Source: a virus
Direction: 5' to 3' (one strand)
IMG/VR virus record: IMGVR_UViG_3300022700_000278
Coordinates: 50,883 to 114,882 of that record
Length of the DNA: 64,000 nucleotides
Of the stretch, positions 8,616 to 18,709 are shown piece after piece; position 1 is the first letter of the stretch, and each line of letters opens with the position of its first letter. The notes under the pieces are model-generated. The model was not told the DNA's origin. It did no database searches and was given only the letters and a program-made list of their open reading frames with translations. The position numbers and the translations under genes are program-made.

Positions 8616-11234
8616 ATGCCTGCTAGCAGCAAATCACTGGCTTTTTCTGTTACGGTAACTAACGTATCGAATAAGTCTTTTCAGGCGGATGTCCGTGCTA
8701 ATGTGAAAAAGCGCATTTCGGATATTCTTTATCTTGCCTCTCCGCCAGACGATTCTGTTCGCCTAGAATACGTTGGATCGAAAGAGGCAACTTCTTCTAC
8801 TGCGCTTTTTATTGGCGACAGAAGCGACAGGTTGTATCAGAATGTTGATATTGAAGAGGGGAGAGAGCTGATAGTAGAGGGGAGCTCTACTGGCGTCCAG
8901 CATAAAAAATTGCTGGTAACACAAAAGTTTAAGGAGCGCGCAGGTCAAGCACGGCCGTTATACTATAAGCATGTGTTGCCGGCACAAATTGATCTGGACT
9001 CTGTCGCTTTGTTTGACAAAGATCTAGAAGAGATTGGCAAAGAAAAGTTTAGGGTAGAATTAATACAAGAATATGACGAGGCAACAGGGCAGCCTGCAAC
9101 GCCGCCAAGCTACTCGTCTGTATATGTGTTTAACAGTTTAGGAAGTTGGTTTGATGAAAACACAGGAGAGCATGAGGTTTTCTATATTCAGTATATGGAC
9201 TCAGACAATGTAGTGAAAACCGAACTCCTTAGCAACGAGCCAGCTTATACCGAAGCAACTATTGATGATATCTGGTATGTAACAAATGAGCTGAAGCCTT
9301 GGTGCTATGCATATATCTTGGATTCGTCATACACGCTGACTTTGCCAGGCAATGTAGATGCAAAGCATATGGCAATCAAATATCTAGCTCGGTCTAAGAT
9401 AGAGGTTCACCAGCCTACTTTACACGATGACACTTCCCCTTGGTTTCCCAGGGTTTCGAACGGGTCTTTTCGTGATTCTTATGGTGGCTGGTCGTATTAT
9501 TATGAAGTCTCTGAATTCAGCAGCCAAGCTTTTAATCCATATGAACCATATAGAATGACAGATCGTGGGTTGGGAACAAAAATATCTAGTAATATACTGA
9601 AGCTGCCTCACGAAAACTTGTACCTAGATGGCTTTGCAAGGGATCTCTCTATTGTTATAGAAAACAACGGTGTTGTTGTAAAAGCTTTAACAAGAGATGC
9701 CTCTTTGGTGGGAGACAACTATACTACCTTTGATGGCAGCTATGTAAAAGACGAAGATGGAGACTATATAAAGTGGTCTTCGGATGAAATTCTTAGTGTT
9801 GATGAGCTTGGCGGGTTCGTAAAATTAAGTTTTGCGCTAAAAGACTATTGGGATTGCTGGTGTGCTTACACATATGAGGAAAATCTATATGAAGTCTCCA
9901 GTCTAAATATGAATCCTATTTATGACAGTGAAGCACACAAACAGACTAGAGCGTTATATCTTGTTCCAAAATCTGCTCCCAATGGAAATACGGCGCAAAC
10001 AAGAGCGGTTCAATATATTAAAGTTTCCCCCGGGGGTATTATTCAAAAAGCCAGCCAAGACGGTTCCGGCAACAACAATGATATTTCTGGTGATGCTCAG
10101 CTTGGTGATGCCGACGGACACTCTATCACAAACATAGTCGGTTTGCATTATAGTTGGAGGGCAGAAACAGATATTCAAGCAAGCTTTCAGTGCGCTCCTG
10201 GCTCCGCTGTGTCTGTGGCGGGCACGGATCGGTTTCCTCGAAGCGGCTGGGTTCGTTTCTTAGACAACAATGACCATTGGGTATATGCTAAATATTCAAC
10301 AAAGACAAGTAACACACTTGTTTTTTCAAGTGATTCTGGAGAAACCCCAGACTCTACTCCAACTGTAACTTTTGGGGCTCCATCTTCGGCAAAGCTTCAG
10401 GTTGTTAATTTCTTAGATCAATATACGACAAGCTCACATTATTCTTTTTCTAGTGAGCTTGTTCATTCCGGGCTTTCTTCTGGGCTTCCAAATTGTTATT
10501 CTAGGTTTTTGTTGTTGGCGGATCTGTCCATTAATCCTCCGCTGGGCATTGGGGATCTTGCAAAGATAGACGTAAGAGAAGAAGGTGGCGGAATCCTTCC
10601 TGACAAATACGAGGAAGCGAAGCTTCTAAACCCAGAGGCTCAGTGGTACCAAGATTTCTTGCGATATGATGGCCAGCCAACTCCGGGCAATGCTGCAGCA
10701 GTAATAAAATTGCCGTCAAAACTTCTCGAGGTATTTTCAAAAGATCAGATAGAAGAAATTGTTGACAACAACATTCCTTACGGAATCAAGCCGCTCATTC
10801 GGTATTATGGATACAAACCAGAAATTCTATCTATATCAACCACCCCAGATGGACTCCTGGTTTGTTGGGAGCCAATGGGGCCGGACTTTACTTATACCGT
10901 ATGGTGTTCTTCTAAGCCAGACGGACCATGGACAAAGCATAACGAAACCCGTCTAACAGATAATTCGCTTGGAAGGTCTTATGTAAAAAATTGCTATCTT
11001 GTTGATGGTTTGTCTTCTGGCGAGGTATACTATGTGAAGGTCACATGTCTTGATAGGTATGGTATGTGGCAGTGTAGCTATGACGGCTACGACTCTGTAG
11101 AAGGCGGAGAAGACAGGATAGATGATGCTCCGGATCCCCCGTTCGGAAATTCAGTTTCTTTTAAGGTCAGTGTCGATGTTGTGTCTTATGGGTTCGGAGA
11201 GGGAGCATTCGGTGAAGATGAATTTGGAGGCTAG
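8616..11234 (+). CDS. virion protein with a C-terminal fibronectin type III-like domain
   Basis: 872 aa. VCWEP..YTVW..GLSSGEVYYVKVTCLD matches the FN3 signature. It ends in an FG-rich tail (YGFGEGAFGEDEFGG). Confidence 0.65.
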   Translation: MPASSKSLAFSVTVTNVSNKSFQADVRANVKKRISDILYLASPPDDSVRLEYVGSKEATSSTALFIGDRSDRLYQNVDIEEGRELIVEGSSTGVQHKKLLVTQKFKERAGQARPLYYKHVLPAQIDLDSVALFDKDLEEIGKEKFRVELIQEYDEATGQPATPPSYSSVYVFNSLGSWFDENTGEHEVFYIQYMDSDNVVKTELLSNEPAYTEATIDDIWYVTNELKPWCYAYILDSSYTLTLPGNVDAKHMAIKYLARSKIEVHQPTLHDDTSPWFPRVSNGSFRDSYGGWSYYYEVSEFSSQAFNPYEPYRMTDRGLGTKISSNILKLPHENLYLDGFARDLSIVIENNGVVVKALTRDASLVGDNYTTFDGSYVKDEDGDYIKWSSDEILSVDELGGFVKLSFALKDYWDCWCAYTYEENLYEVSSLNMNPIYDSEAHKQTRALYLVPKSAPNGNTAQTRAVQYIKVSPGGIIQKASQDGSGNNNDISGDAQLGDADGHSITNIVGLHYSWRAETDIQASFQCAPGSAVSVAGTDRFPRSGWVRFLDNNDHWVYAKYSTKTSNTLVFSSDSGETPDSTPTVTFGAPSSAKLQVVNFLDQYTTSSHYSFSSELVHSGLSSGLPNCYSRFLLLADLSINPPLGIGDLAKIDVREEGGGILPDKYEEAKLLNPEAQWYQDFLRYDGQPTPGNAAAVIKLPSKLLEVFSKDQIEEIVDNNIPYGIKPLIRYYGYKPEILSISTTPDGLLVCWEPMGPDFTYTVWCSSKPDGPWTKHNETRLTDNSLGRSYVKNCYLVDGLSSGEVYYVKVTCLDRYGMWQCSYDGYDSVEGGEDRIDDAPDPPFGNSVSFKVSVDVVSYGFGEGAFGEDEFGG

Positions 11235-11236
11235 GG

Positions 11237-12136
11237 ATGCCAAACACTCCTAATAGAAGCTGGCCGTATCCAGCAAAGGGCGAAAAACCTTATTTCGCTT
11301 CGTTTCAGTCTTTTGCAAACGCTATTGATTCGGACGTGCAATCTAATGTAGATGACGTCTCGACCAATACTGGCAATATCAGTAGTCTCCAGACTAGTCT
11401 GTCTGGGGTGCAAAGTTTCATGCCTACTGGAGCACAGAGCTTTGGTGGTGGAGGCGGTCCGTATAGCATAACTACGGGCATGAGCGGGTATTCTATAACC
11501 TCTCCTACTAGCGGAGATGTTCTGGAGCTTCCTGCTCCTAGTAGTGGTTTGAGTTATTTTATTAGTTGTGCTGGCGCAGGTAGCGACTATGTTGTGTTAG
11601 ACGCGAGTACAAACGGTGGGACAATATTTGGGCCGTTCCAAACTTATTCTGGGGGAGGAGCAACTTGGAATAAGATGCGTATATTTGGAATGCCAAATTG
11701 GGTTTTTGTCTATGCGGCTGAGATTTTAGGATCTTGGAACTGGGTGGTCTGGGGCGGAACTGCCAAGATAATGAACGACGATGACACCGAAGAGTGGATG
11801 AATCTTTCATTCTATCCAGAAGAGGCTCTATTAGATCAAGCCTACAGCATTAGTGCAAGTATGACTGGTGCTAGTCGGTATAACTACAAATGGTATAACG
11901 TTGTTTTTGTAGATTGTAGCGGAGGAGCAATAGATGTTGAGATCTCTAGCAACCTAATCGGTATAGATGGCTGGACTTGTACTTTTGTAGACAGTTCAGG
12001 AGATGCGGGAGCAAACAATATTACTCTTAGCACAGAGGGAGATGAAAAAATTATTGGTCAAGATGAATTTGTCTTGTCTGCTGATTATAACAGCGTCACT
12101 CTTGTTGCTAATGGCAACAATTTGTTTGTTAAGTAA
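11237..12136 (+). CDS. short tail fibre-like protein
   Basis: N-terminal TPNRSWPYP..IDSDV plus a short coiled coil; C-terminal VDCSGGAIDV..VDSSGDAGANNITL..SVTLV module typical of phage fibres. Confidence 0.6.
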   Translation: MPNTPNRSWPYPAKGEKPYFASFQSFANAIDSDVQSNVDDVSTNTGNISSLQTSLSGVQSFMPTGAQSFGGGGGPYSITTGMSGYSITSPTSGDVLELPAPSSGLSYFISCAGAGSDYVVLDASTNGGTIFGPFQTYSGGGATWNKMRIFGMPNWVFVYAAEILGSWNWVVWGGTAKIMNDDDTEEWMNLSFYPEEALLDQAYSISASMTGASRYNYKWYNVVFVDCSGGAIDVEISSNLIGIDGWTCTFVDSSGDAGANNITLSTEGDEKIIGQDEFVLSADYNSVTLVANGNNLFVK

Positions 12137-12139
12137 AAC

Positions 12140-12706
12140 ATGCAGGTAGACAAGACAGTACACCCAGCCCTAATCCCTTTGATGGCCGTCTCTAGTATAG
12201 TTGGCCTTGTTCTGGTTGTTCTTGGCATCTTGTATTTAGAGAAGATCGGCTTGTTAGTTGCGGTGTTGGTTGGATCGGTATTCGTGGCTGGGGGGCAAGT
12301 TGCTTTTTGGGCAAATTTTCTTTACAACAAGAATATTTGGGAAAAGTATGTTGTTCGATTTGGGAATGTGTATTGGTTTGATTTTTGTCGCGCACCGAAA
12401 GTAAAAAATTTTATTTTTGAGCTACGATATTTAGAGCGCGAAGTGCAACACTTGCTAGGAAAGTATGGAGAAAGAAAAATTTCCGAACCGCTTTGTTGCT
12501 TTGTTATGAATCCGGGAGAGGTTTTTTGGAAAAACAAACACGCAATGGGGCTGCAACTAAACAACTGGATCAAGATAGAGTGGCGAGGAAGAAGCATTTC
12601 TTATAAGCTAGCAAGGCATGAAATGATGCACTATTTTCTTTCTAAAGCAATGCCCACTTCTTCTGAGCAAGAGCAACATGAGATTATGAAAAAATGTATC
12701 AACTAG
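12140..12706 (+). CDS. membrane protein with an HEXXH zinc-metallopeptidase motif
   Basis: Two N-terminal hydrophobic helices; ARHEMMHY motif near the C-terminus. Confidence 0.6.
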   Translation: MQVDKTVHPALIPLMAVSSIVGLVLVVLGILYLEKIGLLVAVLVGSVFVAGGQVAFWANFLYNKNIWEKYVVRFGNVYWFDFCRAPKVKNFIFELRYLEREVQHLLGKYGERKISEPLCCFVMNPGEVFWKNKHAMGLQLNNWIKIEWRGRSISYKLARHEMMHYFLSKAMPTSSEQEQHEIMKKCIN

Positions 12707-12867
12707 ATCGAGAAAATATTTATCACAGGACTGCCCCGGGACATTCTGGGCTTGGCTTGGTATCTCCTGGGACAGAAGACTCTGAAGTGTGGGGCGCAAG
12801 AACAGAACCAGATGTTAAGTATATTGTGTTGCCCGAGACAAACAGCTATTACACAGAGGGAGACTAA
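12694..12867 (+). CDS. 57-aa hypothetical protein (below the ORF-track cutoff)
   Basis: ATG at 12694 gives MYQLDRENIYHRTAPG..YYTEGD. It fills the gap and ends in a TAATG overlap with 12867. Confidence 0.6.
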   Translation: MYQLDRENIYHRTAPGHSGLGLVSPGTEDSEVWGARTEPDVKYIVLPETNSYYTEGD

Positions 12868-13424
12868 TGACTGTTAGCATAACTATTTCTGGAGAATCTG
12901 CCGGCAATCCTATTGACGAGGTAACCGATTCTGGCAGTCTTGATCCCGGCACTGCTGCTGATGCAGTAAGCTTGTATATCCGCCATGATGCTGCAGTGTG
13001 GCAAATTACAGACTGTGCCTTTTATCTGGTTAGATATGTTGGCTCAGAGTCCGGAACACCAGACCAAGATTTTTCCGATATTATAGGGTGGGGAGACGCC
13101 ACGATTGCGCTTAATCCTAATGCGCATGGTGTTAGCGAAGATCCCGACTACGGTGGTTTCTATTTAAACATGAACCACTCTGGTGGGTTCCCTACATCTG
13201 ATTGGCATCCCTTTTATACTGGACGAGGAGACTCTGCGGACAACGCTGTTGTCCTTAGTCAAAATGCAATTAATGATTCCGGCTCTGGGTGGACTCCTGC
13301 AGATGGAGAAATTCCATTTCAAGGAGAAGCACATATAAAGGTTCGGTGGGACATTCCGGCGAATGTTTCAGATGCTGGGTCTTTGTTGATTCAGCTTGTA
13401 ATGACATATAGCTACACCTCATAG
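12867..13424 (+). CDS. putative virion beta-sandwich protein
   Basis: 185-aa acidic, beta-rich ORF with a GAGGGAG RBS. Confidence 0.65.
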   Translation: MTVSITISGESAGNPIDEVTDSGSLDPGTAADAVSLYIRHDAAVWQITDCAFYLVRYVGSESGTPDQDFSDIIGWGDATIALNPNAHGVSEDPDYGGFYLNMNHSGGFPTSDWHPFYTGRGDSADNAVVLSQNAINDSGSGWTPADGEIPFQGEAHIKVRWDIPANVSDAGSLLIQLVMTYSYTS

Positions 13425-13439
13425 TGGAGGCTGTTTTTC

Positions 13440-13673
13440 ATGTCGAATAGCACAGATGTTCAAGCTTTAAAGCGACTTGAAAGAATGGTCGGTTATACAA
13501 AAGCACTAGGGAATTTTTGCGAAGAATACTACGACTCTACCGATCCCTACACTCCACACGGAGAGTGTCCTTTTTGGACTGGCTCGGAATGTGTGTTGCA
13601 GTCAACCCACCCTAGTGATTGGGATGATTTTGTGGTGGCTGCCGCGAACAAGGTAGAGGAAGAGACCTCTTAG
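13440..13673 (+). CDS. small Cys-containing hypothetical protein
   Basis: GGAGG RBS; C..CPF..C pattern. Confidence 0.65.
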   Translation: MSNSTDVQALKRLERMVGYTKALGNFCEEYYDSTDPYTPHGECPFWTGSECVLQSTHPSDWDDFVVAAANKVEEETS

Positions 13674-13724
13674 GTGTGGTAAAATATACTAAGGTGTACC
13701 TGCTAGACTAGGAGGGCGATTTAT

Positions 13725-14654
13725 TTGTCTATTCCAAACACCCTTAAGGGTCGAGATTATTCTTCTTTTAAAGAAATAAGCCAGCCGTTTTATATTGATC
13801 CAGATGCCAATATCGTTCGGGCAGTTGGGGGATTATGTTCTGTTTATCCTCGCTCGTATAATGACGGAGATGCTGTTCCGTTTCATTTTGATTCCCAGGG
13901 ACGTCTAAAAGTAGACACAGAAATGACCCTGCAAGGGGATGTCGTTGTTGACAACCTCGGTGTTTTTGCTACTGATATTTCAGATTTTTCTACTGCTGGT
14001 CTGGCTCTAATTGATAGCGACGGACACTTACAGGCCGATGTTCTTTCTCTCCCTGGCGGGCTGACCGGCCAGGAGGAAGATTCTCCTCACACTTCTGGTG
14101 ATGTTGGCTTCATGGCCTTGGCTGTTCGCCATGATATTGCAAGCAGTCTTGTGAATTTTGATTCTGATTACGCCCCGCTTCAAGTTACCCAGGTTGGAAA
14201 TCTCAGGGTGGATACATCTTCTCTTGGTGGGGAAGATATCTCTAGCACCAGCACAATTCTTAACGAAACTGCTATTTCTGCTGATCCTGGGGATAGTTAC
14301 TCAAGCGAAGTGACAATGTCTCCTTACAAAGATATTTCTTTTCAACTGTACTTAAAAGGTGGCGTTGACGCTGCTGTGAACGATGAGACAGTCACCGTAA
14401 CCGTGGAGGGAACCAACAGCTTAGAAATAAGTGGTACTCCTCGGTGGGTAGATATTACAAAATCCGTATATAATGCAAATGATTATTCTTACGAGAATGC
14501 TACTTTTGCTGCAACGGGTGCGGTGGCTGTTGACTTTTTGCTAGATCTAGACAACTGCAATTATGACAAAGTCAGGCTGAAATATACTTGGAGTGGCGAT
14601 CCAGATGCAACAAACGGTGCTATTGTTGCCGTTGCTAGGAGGAAGAGCTTGTAA
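13725..14654 (+). CDS. putative virion structural protein
   Basis: AGGAGG RBS before a TTG start; DSPHTSGDVGFMALAVRHD..YAPLQV motif; acidic. Confidence 0.65.
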   Translation: MSIPNTLKGRDYSSFKEISQPFYIDPDANIVRAVGGLCSVYPRSYNDGDAVPFHFDSQGRLKVDTEMTLQGDVVVDNLGVFATDISDFSTAGLALIDSDGHLQADVLSLPGGLTGQEEDSPHTSGDVGFMALAVRHDIASSLVNFDSDYAPLQVTQVGNLRVDTSSLGGEDISSTSTILNETAISADPGDSYSSEVTMSPYKDISFQLYLKGGVDAAVNDETVTVTVEGTNSLEISGTPRWVDITKSVYNANDYSYENATFAATGAVAVDFLLDLDNCNYDKVRLKYTWSGDPDATNGAIVAVARRKSL

Positions 14655-15958
14655 TGAGACCTCCATATATACCAGAGCCTGAGAGCACTTCTGAAGACAT
14701 GGACATCTACGTCGACGGGGCAACCGGGAATGATACGACCGGAAAAGGGACTGCTGCTCTTCCTTATGCTACGATCCCACGAGCCTACGAAGACATCCCG
14801 GACGTGATCCAGCACGAGTGCCGGGTCTACATCGAGGGTTCCGGCGGCCCCTACACGGACTGGCCAGACGTGATCAATGTGGAGTTCCGTGAGGGCGGGT
14901 TCCTGTCGTTCATCGGGGTCGGTGCAGTGAACGAGGTCGCCGGCCCGTTCACGCTGACCGGCCACTCCGCGCTGCATATGAGCGCTGGCGACAAGATGAC
15001 CGTGGCTGGTGCCGGTTGGACGCCAGACGACTACGCGCTGAAGTATGCCCGGTTCAGCTCCGGAGCGTTGGCCGGCAAGGTCCTGCCCGTGTTTTCCAAC
15101 ACGGCGGACTCGCTGTTCACCATGTGCTCGTACGGGGTCGGGGTCGGTGACTCGTTCACGATCGTGGAGCCGACGCCACAGGTCGTCGACACCAGCACGG
15201 AGGCGAAAGTTCTCGTCAAGGATCACACCGGAGGGCCAGACCCGGCATTCTCCATCGTGAACCTGGACATCCAGGTAAAAACGTTCAGCCTGGAAGGGTC
15301 GGGTGACTGGGAGGCCGGTCTCGGATTTTTCTTGGCCAAGATTGGGTGTGACTCGTACGGGAGTTATAGTAAGGACGTCAAGATCGGCTGGGAAGCTGCC
15401 AGCGCCGCACAGGTCGATGGCACAGGTACTAGCATCACGCTGTCAGGCACCTACGGGCCGGGCGTGTTCTACCGCATCGGGTCAGAGCTGAGCACGTCGG
15501 ACTCCATTGCAACGATTGATGGCGGCACGTGGTGCTGCGTGACAAGAAACCTCGTCTATGTGCAAGATACGACATTCTTTCAGTTCTTCTGCGCAGGACG
15601 GGTAGATGCGTATCAGTCGCCAATCATCCAGTTCGGCCTGATATGGAGCAAAGTCAAGACCTGGCCCTGCTGTGATTGGTGGGTGCGTGCGCTCCACTTC
15701 GTTGGCGAGTCGACGAGGTTCATGGATGTCGGCGATGTCTCCTCGTTGCGGGTCGAAGACTTGTCTTCAGAGGCGAACGCGACATCGTACGCCTTCGACA
15801 TCGGTGAGATGGCGAGGGTGTTCGTCGAGAGCGGCGTCACGATCGACGGCGACACCGACACCATTTCGTGGGACTCCGGCGCTGCCGACGCTTCGATGCC
15901 CGCCGCCGACACGCTGATCGACGACGGCAGGGGCGCTCAGCTTTACTGGAAGGCATAA
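14654..15958 (+). CDS. adhesin/tailspike-like protein, paralog 1 (DUF1565-like N-terminal motif)
   Basis: DIYVDGATGND..G....PYATI.RA motif; homologous along its length to 15973 and 17392; GC-rich codons. Confidence 0.7.
   Translation: MRPPYIPEPESTSEDMDIYVDGATGNDTTGKGTAALPYATIPRAYEDIPDVIQHECRVYIEGSGGPYTDWPDVINVEFREGGFLSFIGVGAVNEVAGPFTLTGHSALHMSAGDKMTVAGAGWTPDDYALKYARFSSGALAGKVLPVFSNTADSLFTMCSYGVGVGDSFTIVEPTPQVVDTSTEAKVLVKDHTGGPDPAFSIVNLDIQVKTFSLEGSGDWEAGLGFFLAKIGCDSYGSYSKDVKIGWEAASAAQVDGTGTSITLSGTYGPGVFYRIGSELSTSDSIATIDGGTWCCVTRNLVYVQDTTFFQFFCAGRVDAYQSPIIQFGLIWSKVKTWPCCDWWVRALHFVGESTRFMDVGDVSSLRVEDLSSEANATSYAFDIGEMARVFVESGVTIDGDTDTISWDSGAADASMPAADTLIDDGRGAQLYWKA
14692..14721 (+). repeat. 30-bp near-identical block (28/30) shared with 16041-16070
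   Basis: TGAAGACATGGACATCTACGTCGACGGGGC versus TGAAAACATGGACCTCTACGTCGACGGGGC. Confidence 0.9.
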
Positions 15959-15972
15959 CCGGGAGATAAGAT

Positions 15973-17379
15973 ATGACACATCTAAGATCAACAAAGAGCG
16001 GAACAATCAAAGTCCTATCTTCAGGGCAAACTGCTACGATTGAAAACATGGACCTCTACGTCGACGGGGCGACGGGCTCCGATTCTACCGGAGACGGGTC
16101 GGCGGGTTCGCCCTACGCCACGATTGCTAGGGCGTGCGAGGACGTGCCCGAGGTGATTGCTCACAACGTCTGTATCCTCGTTGACGAGGCCAGTGGACAT
16201 CTCTACGACTGTCCCGCGCTGATGCAGAACACGTTCAAAGGGAAGAACGGGGCGCTGTCGCTGGTGGGGGTAGGTAGCCCGACGGAAGAGGTTTCGTCGT
16301 TCACGCTGACAGGCGACTCAGCGCTCGGAACAGAGGCTGGGCACCAGTTCGACTGTGCGGGAGCAGGCTGGACGGATAAGGAGCACAGCGGATTTTTCCT
16401 CAATCCAACCACCGGTGCGGCGGCTGGGAAGTACATCCCGATCCTGAACAACGATTCGGATAGCCTGTGGTGTCCGTACCGAGATCCGGTTCCGGCCAGC
16501 GGTGACGACTGTCGAATCGTCCATCCGTCGACGAGGGTGAAGGTCTCGGATAGCACCTTCCTAGTAGGTGGCGCGGACAGTTACGATTCTTCATGGAACC
16601 ACAGTCGGCTCGGACTGTTCAACATGCAGTTGGAGCTATCTGATGCTGTCTCGTGGATTCGGATGACTGGAGAAATCCAGATCAGTTTCTGCGTCTTTCT
16701 AGTCAACGATGCGGCATATGATCCGATTAGCGTGAGCGGGGCCAACATAAATAGATGGCCTTTACTCGACACAAGCGCGGCGGGGAAGAGCGGGCTGTCG
16801 GGGCTTGAACCGGCAGGCTTTTCCAAGGATCAGGTGGGCTTTACGGGACGGCGAGAAACGCCTGGTAGCGGTGCGTTTGGGATACTAATAACAGAACCGC
16901 GCGCCTCGGCAAATCTTTATGCTGGCGGGTATTGCGCGTTGGAATCTGAGTTCGCGGTGTTCGGCAATTTGCATTTCTACCTCTGCGGCTTCGGCAGGCT
17001 AGGCACTGGAGACTTGTACGGTTCCATAATACATACCCTTGTTGATGGCATGGGCTCGAACGATGGGATCACTGCCTATACCGGAGCCAGTTTGCGGATC
17101 AGCAAGACCCATGTGAGAGACGCCACAATGGCATTCGAGCTTGGCTATGGAAGCCATTACATCAAGGATTGCAGCAACGATCCGACGACTGCGGATTACG
17201 GTATAATTTGCGGAGCAGGGGGTTTCGTCAGGATTGGGGACGCCTGTGCCAATCTGTCGGGGACTACGAACGACATCAAGTTCACGGCTCCGGATCCAGA
17301 CACGAACGCAGCGTGGCCAGCGGCGGCAGGAGATCAAACAACAGACGGCCTTGGGGCTTCGGTTGTACGAACGGGATAG
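15973..17379 (+). CDS. adhesin/tailspike-like protein, paralog 2
   Basis: DLYVDGATGSD..GSPYATIARA motif; GGGAG RBS; GC-rich body. Confidence 0.7.
   Translation: MTHLRSTKSGTIKVLSSGQTATIENMDLYVDGATGSDSTGDGSAGSPYATIARACEDVPEVIAHNVCILVDEASGHLYDCPALMQNTFKGKNGALSLVGVGSPTEEVSSFTLTGDSALGTEAGHQFDCAGAGWTDKEHSGFFLNPTTGAAAGKYIPILNNDSDSLWCPYRDPVPASGDDCRIVHPSTRVKVSDSTFLVGGADSYDSSWNHSRLGLFNMQLELSDAVSWIRMTGEIQISFCVFLVNDAAYDPISVSGANINRWPLLDTSAAGKSGLSGLEPAGFSKDQVGFTGRRETPGSGAFGILITEPRASANLYAGGYCALESEFAVFGNLHFYLCGFGRLGTGDLYGSIIHTLVDGMGSNDGITAYTGASLRISKTHVRDATMAFELGYGSHYIKDCSNDPTTADYGIICGAGGFVRIGDACANLSGTTNDIKFTAPDPDTNAAWPAAAGDQTTDGLGASVVRTG
16105..16124 (+). repeat. 20-bp exact repeat GGTTCGCCCTACGCCACGAT (second copy 17524-17543)
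   Basis: Read directly in both copies; encodes GSPYAT(I). Confidence 0.9.
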
Positions 17380-17391
17380 AGTGAAACAAAC

Positions 17392-18696
17392 ATGACTATT
17401 AAAAAACCAATCGGCAACGGCGAAATTGAAATTTGTCCTGACGGGAGAACCAGAACTCTCTCTAACCTTGATATTTACGTAAACGGCTCAACAGGCTCTG
17501 ATACTACTGGTAATGGTTCTTCTGGTTCGCCCTACGCCACGATCACGCGGGCGTACGAAGACGTGCCGTACTGCATCGCCCACGCTGTCCATATCCACGT
17601 CGCCGCCGGCGCGTACACCGACTTCCCCGACGTGATCGAAAACGACGTCACGGCGAGCGGCCAGATCGTCATCGACGGGTCGGCAGCGCTCGCAGACGTC
17701 GCCACAGGCCTTGCCATCGCGGGCGGCGGCTGGTCCGTCTCGTTGGCAGAGGTTGCGGGTATCATCACCGAGGCCAGCGGCGGCCTCACGCCCGACGCAT
17801 TCCGCAACAAGTTCATCCAGTTCACGGACGGTCCGCGTGCCGGGTTGCTCGCGACCGTCGCCAAAAACACGGCCACCGAGATCGTGATGGGGTGCCATTC
17901 GACGGCACCCGTCGCCGGAGACGCGTTCAAGATCGTCGAACCGGGCGTAAGCATCACCGTCGCCAAGGACATTGAGGTACGGGGGAACGTCGCGCTGGTC
18001 GGTATCGACTTCGACAACGCGCCGAACCTGCTCACGGTCTTGGCCGGGTCCAAGTTCGTCAACGCCTGTTCGCAGATTTCAGGCGGCAACGCTGGCGGAT
18101 TCATCGCCGGATTCCGGCACGACACGGATTCGCGGGTCGACTGCCGTGGCCAGAACCTGCTCGCAGCCGACGTCGCGGGCTTGCTCACGACCGGGGAGTC
18201 CTGCGCCGTGTTCGACTGCGTTACCCTGTCTCTGGGTTGGCTGCGGGCCTTCCAGGCAGACGGCAGTGTGTTCTGCCGAGGCCCCGCAAACATTCAGGAA
18301 TGCGTGTCGATGGACGGCTACCTGTACGCGGAATGGGCAAACAGCAAACCTTTGTTCACCGACGTCTATCGGGACAGCGCGAACTATGGGGTGTACCTCG
18401 CGACCGGGGCCGAGGCGCACATCACGCGCCTGTTCGTCGAGGCTGGTACCGATGCGGTGTACCTCAGCAACGCGTGCAAGGCGTACATGGATGGTGTTGA
18501 CGGTACTGCGGCAAACGTGAGCGGTCATTCCGTCATGGTCGGGCGCGGTGCGCGCGCCGTCGCCAAGAAGTCTAGCTGCACCTTGGTTGGCACGACCGGG
18601 CAGGTCGGATGGGGCAACGGTGCGGCGTCCGTCGCATGGCCCAACCAGGACGTCGCCGTAACAGACGCTGTCGACGCAACTGTAGTCGGCGTGTGA
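17392..18696 (+). CDS. adhesin/tailspike-like protein, paralog 3
   Basis: DIYVNGSTGSD..GSPYATITRA motif; AT-rich for the first ~130 nt, then strongly GC-rich. Confidence 0.7.
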   Translation: MTIKKPIGNGEIEICPDGRTRTLSNLDIYVNGSTGSDTTGNGSSGSPYATITRAYEDVPYCIAHAVHIHVAAGAYTDFPDVIENDVTASGQIVIDGSAALADVATGLAIAGGGWSVSLAEVAGIITEASGGLTPDAFRNKFIQFTDGPRAGLLATVAKNTATEIVMGCHSTAPVAGDAFKIVEPGVSITVAKDIEVRGNVALVGIDFDNAPNLLTVLAGSKFVNACSQISGGNAGGFIAGFRHDTDSRVDCRGQNLLAADVAGLLTTGESCAVFDCVTLSLGWLRAFQADGSVFCRGPANIQECVSMDGYLYAEWANSKPLFTDVYRDSANYGVYLATGAEAHITRLFVEAGTDAVYLSNACKAYMDGVDGTAANVSGHSVMVGRGARAVAKKSSCTLVGTTGQVGWGNGAASVAWPNQDVAVTDAVDATVVGV

Positions 18697-18709
18697 CAAG
18701 GAGGAAACC

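Noticed and set aside
14654-18696. Integron, DGR or shufflon explanation for the cassette array
   Set aside because: The spacers are only 12-14 nt with no attC hairpin (a lone GCATAAC at ~15953 has no partner). There is no reverse transcriptase or adenine-specific TR/VR pair, no invertase, and all copies are co-oriented.
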